64,000 nt of DNA from Mobula hypostoma (GCF_963921235.1 NC_086118.1:18044001-18108000), one strand, 5' to 3'; positions 36,325 through 49,981 are shown, counted from the stretch's first letter. Notes: generated by a model not told the origin, from the letters alone. A program made the numbers and translations.

Positions 36325-36915
36325 TAGTTAATAAATTACATTTCATAGCCTGCTTTAACAGACATTAGTGAAATGCCTATACTCTAATCAGTGGTTTTGT
36401 TGTGCAGATACAAAAAAACTCAAACTTTATGATGCAAATCTAAAAACTAGAAATATTTTCCTATGCATTGACCTTGATTGACTGCACTAAAGAAGCTGAA
36501 ATCTAATTATGTAGGATATAGCGATTTTCTGCAAAATGATTTGAACTCTCAACTTCTGGTTTGTTACTTCACCTCTATAACTGTTATGTCATTACAGTTA
36601 AGTATTTTTAAGAAAGTAATAAGGTGTGCAAAAAGGATTTTTTTTTGCCTTGGAAATTATATGTAAGTTACCAGTCTTTTTAATAAATATATTATGAAGG
36701 AAAGGTAGGAAAGGCGAATATGGGTCAATTAAAGGGAAATTCAGACAAAGTTGTGATGGATGATTAAAAATTATGAAATTCTGAAATCAGTACGTTATAT
36801 CCTTTCCTTAGATGAAAGGAGAAGAAAATAGAATCAGCACAACTCTACATCAAAATAATTAGAGTGTGCACTTTTCAAGTACCTTTAATGTTGTAAAACC
36901 TCCCAAGCGTTCCTA

Positions 36916-36996
36916 CAGGGGTCCCCAACCGTTTTTTGTGCCATAGACCCATACCATTAACTGAGGGGTCCACGTACTGCAGGTTAGGAACCCCTG
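36916..36996. mobile_element. hAT-Charlie-type MITE (81 bp)
   Basis: CAGGGGTCCCCAACC...GGTTAGGAACCCCTG terminal inverted repeats. Same family as 48344-48423 in the opposite orientation. TSD not evident. Confidence 0.75.
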
Positions 36997-37349
36997 TCTT
37001 AGGAGCTTTCTTTACATAATTTTTTTCTCCCAAATGCGGGGACATAGTTGAGTAAGTAACCATAATTTAGTCAAAAAGATCAGAAGAGCCTTTAAGAGAG
37101 ATTGTGAACTTCAAAGATTTAGGGAGTGCATTTGATGACTTTGGAATCATTAAAATTGAGGAAAATAAAGGAACATATGTTGTCAGGCATCTTCATAGGC
37201 ATTGTGAAGTTCGGGGGATGAATGGTGGTGAGTTTGATCAAAGATCAGTAAAGTAGGCATGAACAAGCTTTACAAGTTCCAGTGTTTTGTCAAAATTGAG
37301 TTTATTATCATATGCAGAAGTAAATGTATGCAGAGGTGCAATGAAAACC

Positions 37350-37720
37350 TTCCTTTCAGCTCTGATACTTCACCTAATTTTTCCTCTCCTCACCTTAAAC
37401 GAATGTCCTCTGGTATTGACCATTGCTGTCACTGTGTACCTCTCATAACCCTGTACACCTCTATCGTGCCACCTCTCAATCCTCCTTCACTCCAAAAGAC
37501 AAAAGCACTAGCTTTCTCAAGCTTTCCCCATAAGACATATTCTCCAATCCAAGCAGCATCTTGGTAAATCTCCTAAAGCTTTCATCTGTATCGTATAATG
37601 AGGTGACCAGAACAAAGCAGAATACTCCAAGTGTGATCTAACAGGACTTTTATAGTTGGACCATTACTTCATGGCTTTTGAACTCACTTCTCCAGCTAAT
37701 GACCAACACACCATAGGCTG
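37350..37720 (-). mobile_element. Degenerate CR1 3' fragment
   Basis: aggtgaccagaacaaagcagaatactccaagtgtgatctaac is the reverse complement of a decayed VRSHLEY..FWSP. Confidence 0.7.
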
Positions 37721-38784
37721 AATGAAAGTATTGAGAAGTTAATAACTAAGCTTTCTAAATTTATTTGTTTTTCAGAGATACTTTTTAAATTATACATAAA
37801 GCAAAACTGAATTTTATTGTAGGGAAATATAGGAAAATACACCCATTGAGCACAATGGCCTCTAATAATCTGTGAACCTCATAAGGTCGACACATAGTTA
37901 CGGAATCACAGCTCATAAACAACCCTCATAATTTTGTACACCTTACCAGATTTGTTCCACATTTTCTGTTCTTTCTGCAACTGCTTTTAAACGCTCTTCA
38001 ACCAACCCCATAAAACCAGGGTTGGTTGCTGTGCACAAAGATGATGATAGACTGAGGAATGTGCTGTGACATAATATTCCAGCAATAGTAGAATACATTT
38101 CTGCTTCCACTATTGGTACAAAAGACATTATCGACATCCAGTTTTGCACTGCGAGTTCAGTTCTGAATCTAATACATTTAACATTAAGGTTGTGCTATCT
38201 CACACACAGCGTGAACTTGAGGCTTTCTGTAGAATTACTACAGGATGTCTTTCTTATTAATCTACCCATATGTTCATAGATGAATGTTATTTGTGCAGGT
38301 GGATTGTTGAGATGTTAGGCATATACTTTTGTCCTTTCTTGGTTCTCACAGTACTGGCACACATACAGTCTGGCTATGTGTCCAGCTCAGTCAATGGTGG
38401 AGGTTTCAGTGTCCAATCTTGATGTCAAGACACTGAATCCTCCACTCAATCCCTCCCACCTTCAAGCTTGTTGTAAACACTATACCCATACTAATGCTAC
38501 TCTCTGTATTTATCTAGTGCTGGTGATTAGAGAGCAGAATAATTCATGCTTCTCTGAAAAGATAAATGGAAAATGCTGTTGAGCAACAGACTATGCATTG
38601 TGAATACAAAATTATTTTTGACTATGAATGTGAGAAGAGGCAGTTGATAGTTTCATCCAACATCAATCTGCTCCTGAAACTAGCATATCATGAGGCATCT
38701 ATAGTAACATATACTGATTCCACAGATTGGTTACTCACCAGTCTAGCAGTTGAATTCACATTCCAGTCAGCTTAAGGTAAAAGA

Positions 38785-41700
38785 ACCCTCAGGGGCAAGT
38801 GATCATAATATGATAGAATTCATCCTGAGATTTGAGAAGGAGAAGCTAAAGTCAGATGTATCAGTATTACAGTGGAGTAAAGGGATTACAGAGACATGAG
38901 AGAGGAGTTGACCAGAATTGATTGGAAAAAAAAAAATTGGCAGGATGACAGCAGAGCAGCAGTGGCTGGAATTTCTGGAAGCAAGTCTGTAGTCACAGGA
39001 TATATGCTTCCCAAAGTAGTCAAAGGAAAGATGACACAATCGTGGCTAACAAGAGAAGTCAAAGCCAACATAAAAGGCAAAGAAAGGGCATACACTAGAG
39101 CAAAAATTAGTGAGAAGTTAGAGGATTGGGAGTTTAAAAAAAAATCAACAGAAGTCAACTAATAAAGTCATTAAGACCGTAAAGGTGGAATACAAACGTA
39201 AGCTAGCCAAGAATATTAAAGATGATTCCAAAAGTTTCTTCAGATAAATAAAGTGGCAAAAGTGGATATGGAAAACAGTGCTGGAGTAGTAGTAATAGGG
39301 GACAACAAAATGGCAGACGAACTGAATAAGTATTTTACATCAGTCTTCACTGTGGAGGACACTAGCAGTATGGTGGAAGTTCCAGGTGTTGGGGGCATGA
39401 AGTATGTGAAGTTACCATAAGTAGAGAGAAGGTTCTTGGGAAACGGAAAGGTCGGAAGGTAGATAAGTCACATGAACCAGATGGTGTGCTCCACAGACTT
39501 CTGAAAGAGGTGGCTGAAGAGATGGTGGAGTCATTAGTAATGATCTTTCAAGAATCACTGGAATCTGGAATGGTTCCAGAAGACTGGAAAATTGTAAATG
39601 ACACTCCACTCTTCAAGAAGGGAGCAAGGCACATGAAAGGAAACTATTGGCCTGTTAGTCTGACCTCAGTGGTTGGGAAGATGTTGGAGATGGTTATTAA
39701 GGATGATGTCTCAGGGTACTTGGAGACTCGTGATAAAATAGGCCGTAGTCAGCATGGTTTCCTCAAGGGAAAATCGTGACTGACAAATTCATTGGAATTC
39801 TTTGAAAAAATGCCAAGCAGGATGTACAAAGGAGAATTGATTGATGTTGTGTACTTGGATTTTCAGAAGGACAAAGTGCCACACTTAAAGTTGCTTAACA
39901 AGCTACGAGCCCATGGTATTACAGGAAAGATTCTAGCATGGATAAATCAATGGCTGATTGGCAGGAGGCAAAGAGTGGGAGTAAAGTGAGCCTTTTCTGG
40001 CTGGCAGCTGGTGACTCGTGGTCTTCCACATGGATTTGTGTTGGGACAGATTCTTTTTACATTATATGTCAATGATGTGGATGATGGAATTGAAGGCTTT
40101 GTTGATAACTTTGCCGATGATATGAAGCTAGGTGGATGGACAGGTAGTTTTGAGGAAATAGTGAAGCTACAGAAGGACTTAGATAGATTAGGATAATGGG
40201 TAAAGAACTGCCAGATGGAATACAGTATTGTGAAGTGCATGGTCATTCACTTAGTTTAAAGAAATGAAAGAGTTGACTATTTTCTAAATGGAGAGAAAAA
40301 AAACAGAGGTGCAAAGGGATACTGTTAGGGGTCTAGATGGTTTAGAGTTTGTAAAATGTGTTCAGGAAAGTTTTCTAAATCAATATATAGAGGGACCAAC
40401 TAGAGGGGATGCAATATTGGATCTCCTGTTAGGAAACGAGTTAGGACAAGTGACGGAAGTCTGTGTAGGGGAGCACTTTGGTTCCAGTGATCATAACACC
40501 ATTAGTTTCAATTTGATCATGGACAAGGATTGATCTGGTCCTAGGGTTGAGGTTCTGAACTAGAAGAAGGCCAAATTTGAAGAAATGAGAAAGGATCTAA
40601 AAGCGTGGATTGGGACAGGTTGTTCTCTGGCAAAGATGTAATTGGTAGGTGGGAAGCCTTCAAAGGGGAAATTTTGAGAGTGCAGAGTTTGTATGTTCCT
40701 GTCAGGATTAAAGGCAAATTGAATAGGAATAAAGAACCTTGGTTCTCAAGAGGTATTGCAACTCTGATAAAGAAGAAGAGGGAGTTGTATGAAATGTATA
40801 GGAAACAGGGAGTAAATCAGGTGCTTGAGGAGTATAAGAAGTGCAAGAAAATACTTAAGAAAGTAATCAGGAGGGCTAAAAGAAGACATGAGGTTGCCTT
40901 GGCAGTCAAAGTGAAGGATAATCCAAAGAGCTTTTACAGGTATATTAAGAGCAAAAGGATTGTAAGGGATAAAATTGGTCCTCTTGAAGATCAGAGTGGT
41001 CGGCTATGTGCGGAACCAAAGGAAAAGGGGAAGATCTTAAACAGGTTTTTTGCGTCTGTATTTACTAAGGAAACTGGCATGAAGTCTATGGAATTGAGGG
41101 AATCAAGTAGTAAGATCATGGAAACTGTACAGATTGAAAAGGAGGAGGTGCTTGCTGTCTTGAGGAAAATTAAAGTGGATAAATCCCCGGGACCTGACAG
41201 AGTGTTCCCTCAGACCTTGAAGGAGACCAGTGTTGAAATTGCGGGGGCCCTGGCAGAAATATTTAAAATGTCGCTGCCTACGGGTGAGGTGCCGGAGGAT
41301 TGGAGAGTGGCTCGTGTTGTTCCGTTGTTTAAAAAAGGATCGAAAAGTAATCCGTGAAATTATAGGCCGGTGAGTTTAACGTCGGTAGTAGGTAAGTTAT
41401 TGGAGGGAGTACTAAGAGACAGAATCTACAAGCATTTGGATAGACAGGGACTTATTAGGGAGAGTCAACATGGCTTTGTGCGTGGTAGGTCATGATTGAC
41501 CAATCTATTGAAGTTTTTCGAGGAGGTTACCAGGAAAGTGGATGAAGGGAAGGCAGTGGATATTGTCTACATGGATTTCAGTAAGGCCTTTAACAAGGTC
41601 ACCCATGGGAGGTTAGTTAGGAAATTCAGTCGCTAGGTATACATGGAGAGGTGGTAAATTGGATTAGACATTGGCTCAATGGAAGAAGCCAAAGAGTGGT

Positions 41701-43430
41701 GGTAGAGAATTGCTTCTCTGAATGGAGGCCTGTGACTAGTGGTGTGCCACAGGGATCAGTGCTGGGTCCATTGTTATCTGTCATCTATATCAATGATCTG
41801 GATGATAATGTGGTAAATTGGATCAGCAAATTTGCTGATGATACAAAGATTGGAGGTGTAGTAGACAGTGAGGAAGGTTTTCAGAGCCTGCAGAGGGACT
41901 TGGACCAGCTGGAAAAATGGGCTGAAAAATGGCAGATGGAGTTGAATACAGACTAGTGTGAGGTATTGCATGTTGGAAGGACAAACCAAGGTAGAACATA
42001 CTGGGTTAATGGTAAGGCACTGAGGAGTGCAGTAGAACAGAGGGATCTGGGAATACAGATACAAAATTCCCTAAAAGTGGCGTCACAAGTAGATAGGGTC
42101 GTAAAGAGAGCTTTTGGTACATTGGCCTTTATTAATCAAAGTATTGAGTATAAGAGCTGGAATGTTATGATGAGGTTGTATAAGGCATTGGTGAGGCCAA
42201 ATCTGGAGTATTGTGTTCAGTTTTGGTCACCAAATTACAGGAAGGATATAAATAAGGTTGAAAGAGTGCAGAGAAGGTTTACAAGGATGTTGCCAGGACT
42301 TGAGAAACTCAGTTACAGAGAAAGGTTGAATAGGTTAGGACTTTATTCCCTGCAGTGTAGAAGAATGAGGGGAGATTTGATAGAGGTATATAAAATTATG
42401 ACAGGTATAGATAGAGTGAATGCAAGCAGACTTTTTCCACTGAGGCAAGGGGAGAAAAATACCAGAGGACATGGGTTAAGGGTGAGGGGGGAAAAGTTTA
42501 AAGGGAACATTAGGGGGGTTTCTTCACACAGAGAGTGGTGGGAATATGGAATGAGCTGCCAGATGAGGTGGTAAATGCGGGTTCTTTTTTACCATTTAAG
42601 AATAAATTGGACAGATACATGGATGGGAGGTGTATGGAGGGATATGGTCCGTGTGCAGGTCAGTGGGACTAGGCAGAAAATGGTTCGGCACAGCCAAGAA
42701 GGGCCAAAAGGCCTGTTTCTGTGCTGTAGTGGGACTTGAGAATCATTGCTCAGGATTCCCTAAAGGTTAATTTGCATGTTGAGTTTGTGGTGAGGAAGGC
42801 AAATGCAATGTTAGCATTTATTTCTAGACTATAAAAGCAAGGGTGTAATATTGAAACTTTATAAACCACTGGTGAGGTTTCACTTGGAGTATTGTGAGCA
42901 GGTTTGGGCCCCTGATCTTTGAAGGAACATTCTGAAACTGGTGATGGTTCAAAGGAGGTTCATGAAAATGATTGCAGGATTGAATGGCTTGTCATATGAA
43001 GAGTGTGTGATGGCTCTGGACCTGTATTCCCTGGAATTCAGAAGAATGAGGGAGACCTCATTGAAACCTATCAAATGGTGAAAGGCCTTGATAGAGTGGA
43101 TGTGGAGAGAATGTTTCCTATGATGGGAGAGTCTAAGACCAGAGGACACAGCCTCAGAATAGAGGGGTGTCCTTTTGGAACTGAGATGAGGAGGAATTTC
43201 TTTAGCCAGAGAGTGGTGAATCTGTGGAGTTCTTGTAGATGCCAAGTCTATATGTATATTTAAGGCAGTGGTTGATAGATTCTTGATTGATCAGGACTTG
43301 AAGAGATGCGAGGAGAAGGCAAAAGATTGGGGCTGAGAGGAAATTTGGATCACCCATGATGAAATGGTGGAGCAGACTTGATGGGCCTAATGGCCTAATT
43401 CTGCTCTTGTATCTTAAGGTCTTATGGTAT
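38785..43430 (+). mobile_element. Older CR1 LINE (ORF2 part to 3' end), split by a younger CR1
   Basis: RT motifs in ORFs 39486-39779, 39792-39989 and 40011-40196. It breaks at gaggtgcaaaGGGA (40319) and resumes GGGActtgag (42731). Tail tcttaaggtcttatggt at about 43412-43428. Confidence 0.88.
40320..42730 (+). mobile_element. Younger 5'-truncated CR1 LINE (2.4 kb) nested in older CR1
   Basis: Long ORF2 segments 40605-41357, 41651-41956 and 41966-42574 (KSPGPD, SGVPQGSVLGP, KFADDTKIGG), few disablements and many CpGs. GGGA appears at both junctions. Confidence 0.93.
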
Positions 43431-43479
43431 GAGGAAGAATTGTATAATATCCTGCCTAAGCAATGAATGAAAAATTGAA

Positions 43480-44480
43480 TAATTAATGGACGACATTGGT
43501 TTGGCCACTGCTAGATTTTTGTGCCCACTCTTGGAAATTATGCCCAGTTTATCCAAAGAAAGATGTTAAAGTTTTGAATAAGGTGCAGAAGCTCTTTACT
43601 CAAATTATTCCAGAAATCATGGACTGCAAAAACTGGGTTCAGAACAAAGTAGGATGCACCACTAACAGACAAAGATACTTCAAACATGTAGATAAACCAA
43701 GTAAGGACTGTCATCATTCTCTTTATCATCAGAGGATCAGACAATATGACCATAGATGCCTTAACAAAATTTTATGGGACTTTAGTGAAGCTGCACCTCA
43801 GTATTGTGTACAATTTTGGTCAATTTTGATATAGTTGCTGTAGAAAGAATGCAGTGAAGGTTCATTAAGCTGGTTCTTTGGATGGCATATCTGTCATATA
43901 ATCAGAGATTGAATTAGCTGTGCCTCGGTTCACTAGATTTCAGATGAGTTAGAGGTGATCTTGTTAATGCATGCAAAATCCTTGGAGAGAGAACCAATAA
44001 AAATGCAAATATTGGAAGTCATCTACGAACACAGAAAATACAGGAAATGCTCAACTGTTCAGGCTGCATTGTGGGAAGTGAAACAGCAGAAGAAACTTTG
44101 AATTCCCTACTCCTGAGAGCTGTGGATGTTTAGTCTTTGATTGCATTCAGAGCTGAAGTCAATTGATTCCTCAGTATTTAAAATCAAAGGAAAGGTGGAT
44201 AGTGCAGGAAAATGGAGTTTGAGGTGGAATAGCAGACTTAAACATGTTGCAAGGTGGAATAGTCTATTCCTGCTCCTATTTTGAAGGTTTCAAAGGTTTT
44301 TTATGAGGGTGATTAGTAGAAGTGACTTGAGGAAAAATCTTTTTTTTATGCAGTGAGTGGTTAGGGTCTGGAATACATTGATAAGGGTAGAGGCAGTTTC
44401 AGATGTTCAGAAGGGAGCCGGGTAAGTACCTGAAAAGAAAGAGGTCAGTAGATTGGGGCTGGGCCAGATTGTTCTTACAT
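43480..44480 (+). mobile_element. Cluster of highly decayed CR1 3' fragments
   Basis: Two PHLEYCVQFW-like remnants (about 43495-43545 and 43780-43822) plus gagtggttagggtctggaatacattg. Confidence 0.55.
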
Positions 44481-44509
44481 AAAGCCAGTCCAATCTCAAT
44501 AGTCCAGAT

Positions 44510-44980
44510 GCATGGTTCTTTAATGATGGATGCTTCCTTTTTTGAGGCAATACCTTTTGAAAATGTCTATGATACTGGGGAGGCTAGCACCCATGATGAA
44601 TCGGGCTAAGTTTGCAGCTTTCTGCAGATTTGTTTTGATCCTGTGCAGTAGCCCCTCCATACTAGCAGCAACTAGTTAGAATGTTCTCCGTGGTACATCT
44701 GTAGAAATTTGCTGGAGTTTTTGGAGACATACCAAATCTCCTCAAACTCCTTATAAAATATATCCACTGTCATGTCTTTTTTGTAATTGCATCGATATGT
44801 TGAGCCCAGGAGAGATCTTCAGAGATATTGACACCCAGGAACTTAAAACTTTTCACTCTTTCCACTATTGATCTCTCTTTGAGTACTGATGAGTATTCCC
44901 TCAACTTCCCATTCCTGAAGTCCACAATCAATCCCTTAGTCTTACTAGTGTTGACTGCAAGTTCGTTGTTCTGGTCACAA
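44510..44980 (-). mobile_element. Rex1/Babar-type LINE RT C-terminal fragment
   Basis: ORF 44770-44988 NNELAVNTSKTKGLIVDFR...VERVKSFKFLGVNISEDLSWAQHIDAITKK. Confidence 0.8.
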
Positions 44981-45011
44981 TATAGCATACTTACCTACCC
45001 TAATTCTTAAA

Positions 45012-45135
45012 TATTTGGAATGTGGGAGGAAACCAGAGCACTCAGAGTAAACCCATGTGGACATGGGGAGAATATGCAAACTCCTTACAGACAGCAGAGG
45101 GAACTGAAAGCATTGCATTAAACACTATGCTACTT
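45012..45135 (-). mobile_element. V-SINE fragment
   Basis: tgtgggaggaaaccagagcactcagagtaaacccatgtggacatggggagaatatgcaaactcc is the reverse complement of the V-domain. Confidence 0.7.
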
Positions 45136-45206
45136 ACACTCTAAGTAATATAACAACCATTATATCTACAAACGTAAATTAGTAATGAATCTGAGACGAG
45201 ACTGTT

Positions 45207-45223
45207 TGTGTGTGTGTGTGTGT

Positions 45224-45266
<43 letters not shown>
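45207..45266. repeat. (TG)n microsatellite with one TA interruption
   Basis: Directly visible, about 30 units. Confidence 0.95.
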
Positions 45267-45272
<6 letters not shown>

Positions 45273-45954
45273 CATGCGCATACACTTCAGATTAGATTAG
45301 ATTAGGTTATATGGACACTCAGTCCTCATGTGTTGTCATTTAGAAATGCATGCATTAAAAAATGATACAACGTTCCTCCAGAATGATATCACAAGAAAAC
45401 ACAGGACAAACCAAGACTAAAACTGACAAAACCACATAATTATAACATATAGTTACAACAGTGGAAAGCAATACCATAATTTGATAAAGACCAGATCATG
45501 GGCATGGTACTGCGGCTTCACCAAACTAGCAAGAATTCTGCAGCCCTCCTCCCCTTCATTCTGAGAAGCAGTACGTGGCCGAAAGCCTCTTGATGGGCTG
45601 ACATTGAGGAACATATTTACCGAATTCACCTGGGCTGAAGTTAGACATTCCTGACATCACTATCAGGAACTTGGTTCCACCTGGCGTTCAGGAATTCCTT
45701 GGGGTTGCAGCCCCTTCTGCTAAAAGTGCTGATTAAGTAGAAGAGTGGATAAAAACCATAGATTGGAAGCTCAAACATCTGGGCAGATGCGCAGAAAACC
45801 TGCTTCAGTTTCTAACTTCTATCGATAAGACAGAGCACTACTCCCTGGCCCAATTTATTAGCACATGAGTGGTGCATGTTCCTCTGTCCAGATGTGCACA
45901 GTGCCTGCTACATCCTCTGACCTTAGATCAACCCTGGACACAGGTTGGAGAAGG

Positions 45955-47252
45955 GTAACAAGGACTGGCCAGGGAACCACAGACCTACAAACCTGGCTTC
46001 AGTAACAGGGAAGTTACTGGAGACCATTCTGAGGGACAAGACTTGGATAGTTAAGGCCTGACAGGAATAGTCGGCAGAGTTCATGTCTGACGAATCTTTG
46101 GAGTTTTTGGAAAAGGTAACTAAGGGGATAGATGAAGGTAGCGGAGTGAACGTTGGCCTTTGACTAGGTCCACTATTCAGGCAGGTTAGGTCGCATGGGA
46201 TTCAGGGGGAGCTAGTGAGGTGGAAGTGGATTCAGAATTGGCTCAATGATAGGAAGCAGAGGATGATGGTTGAAAGTTGATTCTCTGACTTAAAGCCTGT
46301 GAATAGTGGGGTGCCCCAGTGGTCAGTGTTCAGAACTCTGTTATTCATTATGCAGGCAAAGAATTTGGATGCGGCACAATTAGCAAGTTTGTTGATGATA
46401 TCACATTGGGGGTGTAGTTGATAGTGCAGCAGGTTACAGTTAATTGCAAAGAGATCTTGATAAGCTTGAGAGATGGGCAAATGGATTTCAACTGAGATAA
46501 CTGTGAGGTGATGCATTTTGGACATTCACACCGGGGTAGGATCTATACAGTGAATGGCAGGGCACTGACGAGTGTTGTGGAACAGCAGGGCCTGGGACTA
46601 CAAGTGCGCAGTTCTCTGAAAGCAGTTGCGGAAGTTGACAGGATGTTGAAGAAGGCATTTAGCATACTGGACAACATCAGTCAGGACATCTGTTTAGGAA
46701 TTGGGAAATTATACTGCAGTTATACAAGTCATTGGTGAGCCTGCACTTGAATAACTGTGTACGGTTTTGGTCTCCCTGTTATAAGAAAGATACTGTCAAG
46801 CTGGAGAGGATGCAGAAGAGATTTTCCAAGGTGCTGCCTGAACTAGAGGGCCCGAGATATAGGGAGAGATTGACCAGGTTGGTTCTTTATTCCCTGGAAT
46901 ACAACAAAATGAGGGGCAGCCTCATAGAAGTTTATACAACCATGAGGGGTATGGATAAGGTGGGAGGTCACAGTCCTTTCTCTAGGGTTGAGGAGTCCAA
47001 AACTAGAGAACGCAGATACAAAGTAAGAGCGGAGAAATTTAAAAAGGCAGTCGAGAGGTAATGAATTTACACAGGGTACCTGGAATGAGCTGTGAGATGG
47101 TGGATGAGATAAGTAAAATTTAAGAGGTACTTGGAAGCATATGTGGAGGGGAGGGGCTAAGCTCAGGCAGCCGGGAGGTTTCTGTGGTCGGCATGGACCA
47201 TTTGGGCTGAAGGGCCTGTTTCCCTGCTGTATAGCTCTATGACTCTATGACT
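45955..47252 (+). mobile_element. Decayed CR1 RT-to-3' fragment
   Basis: agtggggtgccccag (SGVPQ), ORFs 46508-46738 (MHFG..GRIYTVNGRAL) and 46732-47061 (FWSPCYKKD), tail ctctatgactctatgact. Confidence 0.85.
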
Positions 47253-48343
47253 GTGTGTTATTTTCCAATATGGCCAAGCAGCACCCATGCCTTTTGATCC
47301 TTGGTGCTCAAAGGCATTTAGACTTGTGCTTACATTTTAGTCAAGTTTATATTAGATAATGAAATAGCCGCCATATTTAATATACTGAAGAATGAAAATG
47401 ATGTTGCTGAATTAAGTTTTATCTTCAAAAGGTTTTAAACAGTATCTACTCATTTGCTTATAATTTGCTTAATTCTGGATTCCATAATTCCTTAGATCTT
47501 CTTTTGTCTATGGAGATCCAGCCCCATCTTCTCCAATCTGGCCATGTTACTGAAGTCCCACGTTGTTGGAATCATTTTAGTAAATAAATATACTGTCTAT
47601 ACACTTGGTGCACACAGGTTTTCAAAGACATCTATTACTAGGGGGTGCTCAGATCCAGTTCAATCTATGTCCTATTGCTGAGCAGACTGAGAATCACTGG
47701 TTAGAAATAAAGATGCTGAAAGGCATAGAGGAAACAGATGTTTCTGTACTTGTTTTGACACTAGGACAGAGCAGTATGCTTTTGGAGTTGTAAACATCTA
47801 TACACAACATAGCCCAGTCATTGCAGGTGAGCAGATATGTGGGATGTTTTTGGTTCCTTTAAGATGTAGGTGGATGTTTTACTGAAATAAGACTCTGCTA
47901 AATGTTTTTCTTCATTCTATTTATTCTCAGTAAAAGGAAATTGAAAGTTTGGAATGAATAGCCCCAATTGTATTTCAGTGTTTTAAATATTAGTTGATAC
48001 CAAGTCCTTATTTCTTCAGTCAAGCACAAGATAATAATTCTTCCTGTTGTTAATGTATATTGATTTTGCCAAATTTCCCTGAGGGTTAGAACTACACCAA
48101 AGTAAATCTACCTAGGAACATACACACACTTGACTGAATATATCAGCCATAATCAATAACAAATGCACTGTTGATTTGATTAATTGACTTTGAAACACTT
48201 AACCCAAAGTTCCTTTTTCCTGTTTCACCTATCTAAATAGAAGAAACACTTTCATCAGCCTGCTTGTCATCCGTTTGCCCTTAATTTTCTGGTTATCATG
48301 GAATTCTGTGCAAGAGCATTGGATGTCCTTGTAAGGTATAGAT

Positions 48344-48423
48344 CAGGGGTTCCCAACCTGGGGTTCACAGAGCCCTTGCTTAGTGGTGTTAGTCCATGGC
48401 ATAAAAAAAGTTAGGAACCCCTA
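48344..48423. mobile_element. hAT-Charlie-type MITE (80 bp) with 8-bp TSD
   Basis: GTATAGAT|CAGGGGTTCCCAACC...GTTAGGAACCCCTA|GTATAGAT, with the TSD at 48336-43 and 48424-31. Confidence 0.9.
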
Positions 48424-49114
48424 GTATAGATCATTTTATCTGTGCATCTCATTAGAACAAAAATCAGAAAGAATTTCTTTAGCTAAAGAGTGATAAATCT
48501 GTGAAATTCACTGCAACAGATGGCTATGAAGGCTAAGTCACTGGGCATATTTAAAGTGGAATTCGATAGGTTCTTCCTTTCTAAGGGCATCAAAGGGTAT
48601 GTGGAGAAGGCAGGAAACCAGGATGAAGTGGAAAAATTAATCACCTATGATCAAATGATGCAGCAGATGCAATGGGCTGAATGGCTTATGTCTTCTGGTC
48701 TTAAATTATATTCGTAACTACTGTATCTAAAAACACTGGATTGTATTATCTCTTAAAATTCTTTACTTTGCTAGCTCTTTAATAAGCTCCAAGGATAGCA
48801 ATTGTTTTTCTGATTTTTTTCCAGTTATAAATATATGAAACCAGGTTTTTCTCAAGAACATCACATAGATTTATCCAAAGGTCAATAGGTTCTACCATTT
48901 ACTGGGCATTGTTAATTACCTCAGAGGTAGTGGTGGTGATCCACCTTCTGATGCATTGCAGCTTATAGATGATTGAAGCTGCCATTAGATGGGTTGCTTT
49001 TTTTTTGGGTGGGGGGGCAGATTTTGACCCGGTGACGATGAAGAAACAGATTTATTTGCGGTCTTTGACTTGGATGAAAACTTACAGGTGCCCTCTTTTC
49101 CCATGCACCGGCTC

Positions 49115-49520
49115 TCAAGTCAAGTTGAGTTTATTGTCATATGCACAAGTACATTTACTGCATGCACATGTGTAATGGAAAGCTTACTTGCAGCAGCATC
49201 ACAACCACTTAATACTACAGGCATAACATTCAGAGTAAAATCATAAACATAAATCATACAGGAATTGTTCAGAAAGCAAATACAATTAAAAACAAAAAGA
49301 AAATGAAGTTCCTTATCATGCAAGTGGTCAGCGTGTCGTTATATCAAGGTACTAATTAGGGTTGTGTAAATTGGTTCAAAAACTGAATGTCTGAAGAGAA
49401 ATAGCTATTCTGGTGAGGGACTTCAGATTTCTGTACCTTCTAGCTGTGAGAAGATGGCACACCTCAAGAGATGAGGGTCTTTGGTGATAGGTGCTACTTT
49501 TATTGAAGCACTGTCCTATG
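49115..49520 (-). mobile_element. Rex1-type retroelement 3' end
   Basis: tcaagtcaagttgagtttattgtcatatgcacaagtac (rc ...gacaataaactcaacttgacttga). Similar copies at about 37290 and 50207-50445. Confidence 0.55.
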
Positions 49521-49981
49521 TAGGTACTTTATTGTTCTGCTAGATGGCGGAGTCTGCATGTGGTGGTGTAAAATGAAGTCAATCATTTAGTAACTGACAG
49601 TAGTTTGAATAATTGTCATGCACTAAAATATCAACGAGGATTGCCTTGTGGAGATACATGTGATACATAATCATATTCAGAACAGGTTTTCCCTTCCACT
49701 TCCTTCCATGGCTATATTCATAGATCTTTCTGTCAAATTTTCTTTAATGGGTGCATCCAATGTAGATATAATGCCAGTACTTTCAAAATGTATGTAAAGT
49801 AAGAATGTAACAACAGTGTGGAATTATGTTGCAAAGATGTTTATTTTTGGCAAGAGAACGGTGGAGGGGTATGGGTTAGTGTCAACACAATGAAGGAACA
49901 GAATTTGAATTGTGTGTGGGCTGGCAAATTCAGAGGAAGTGAAAATAAATCTTTTATACACATTTTTTTTAACGTTATTAG

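Noticed and set aside
24576..49981. A missing dynein exon or nested gene in the 25.4-kb intron
   Set aside because: Exons E and F join in frame into continuous dynein sequence ([13 protein letters not shown]). The recognisable ORFs in between are transposon-derived and the rest are short and uninformative.
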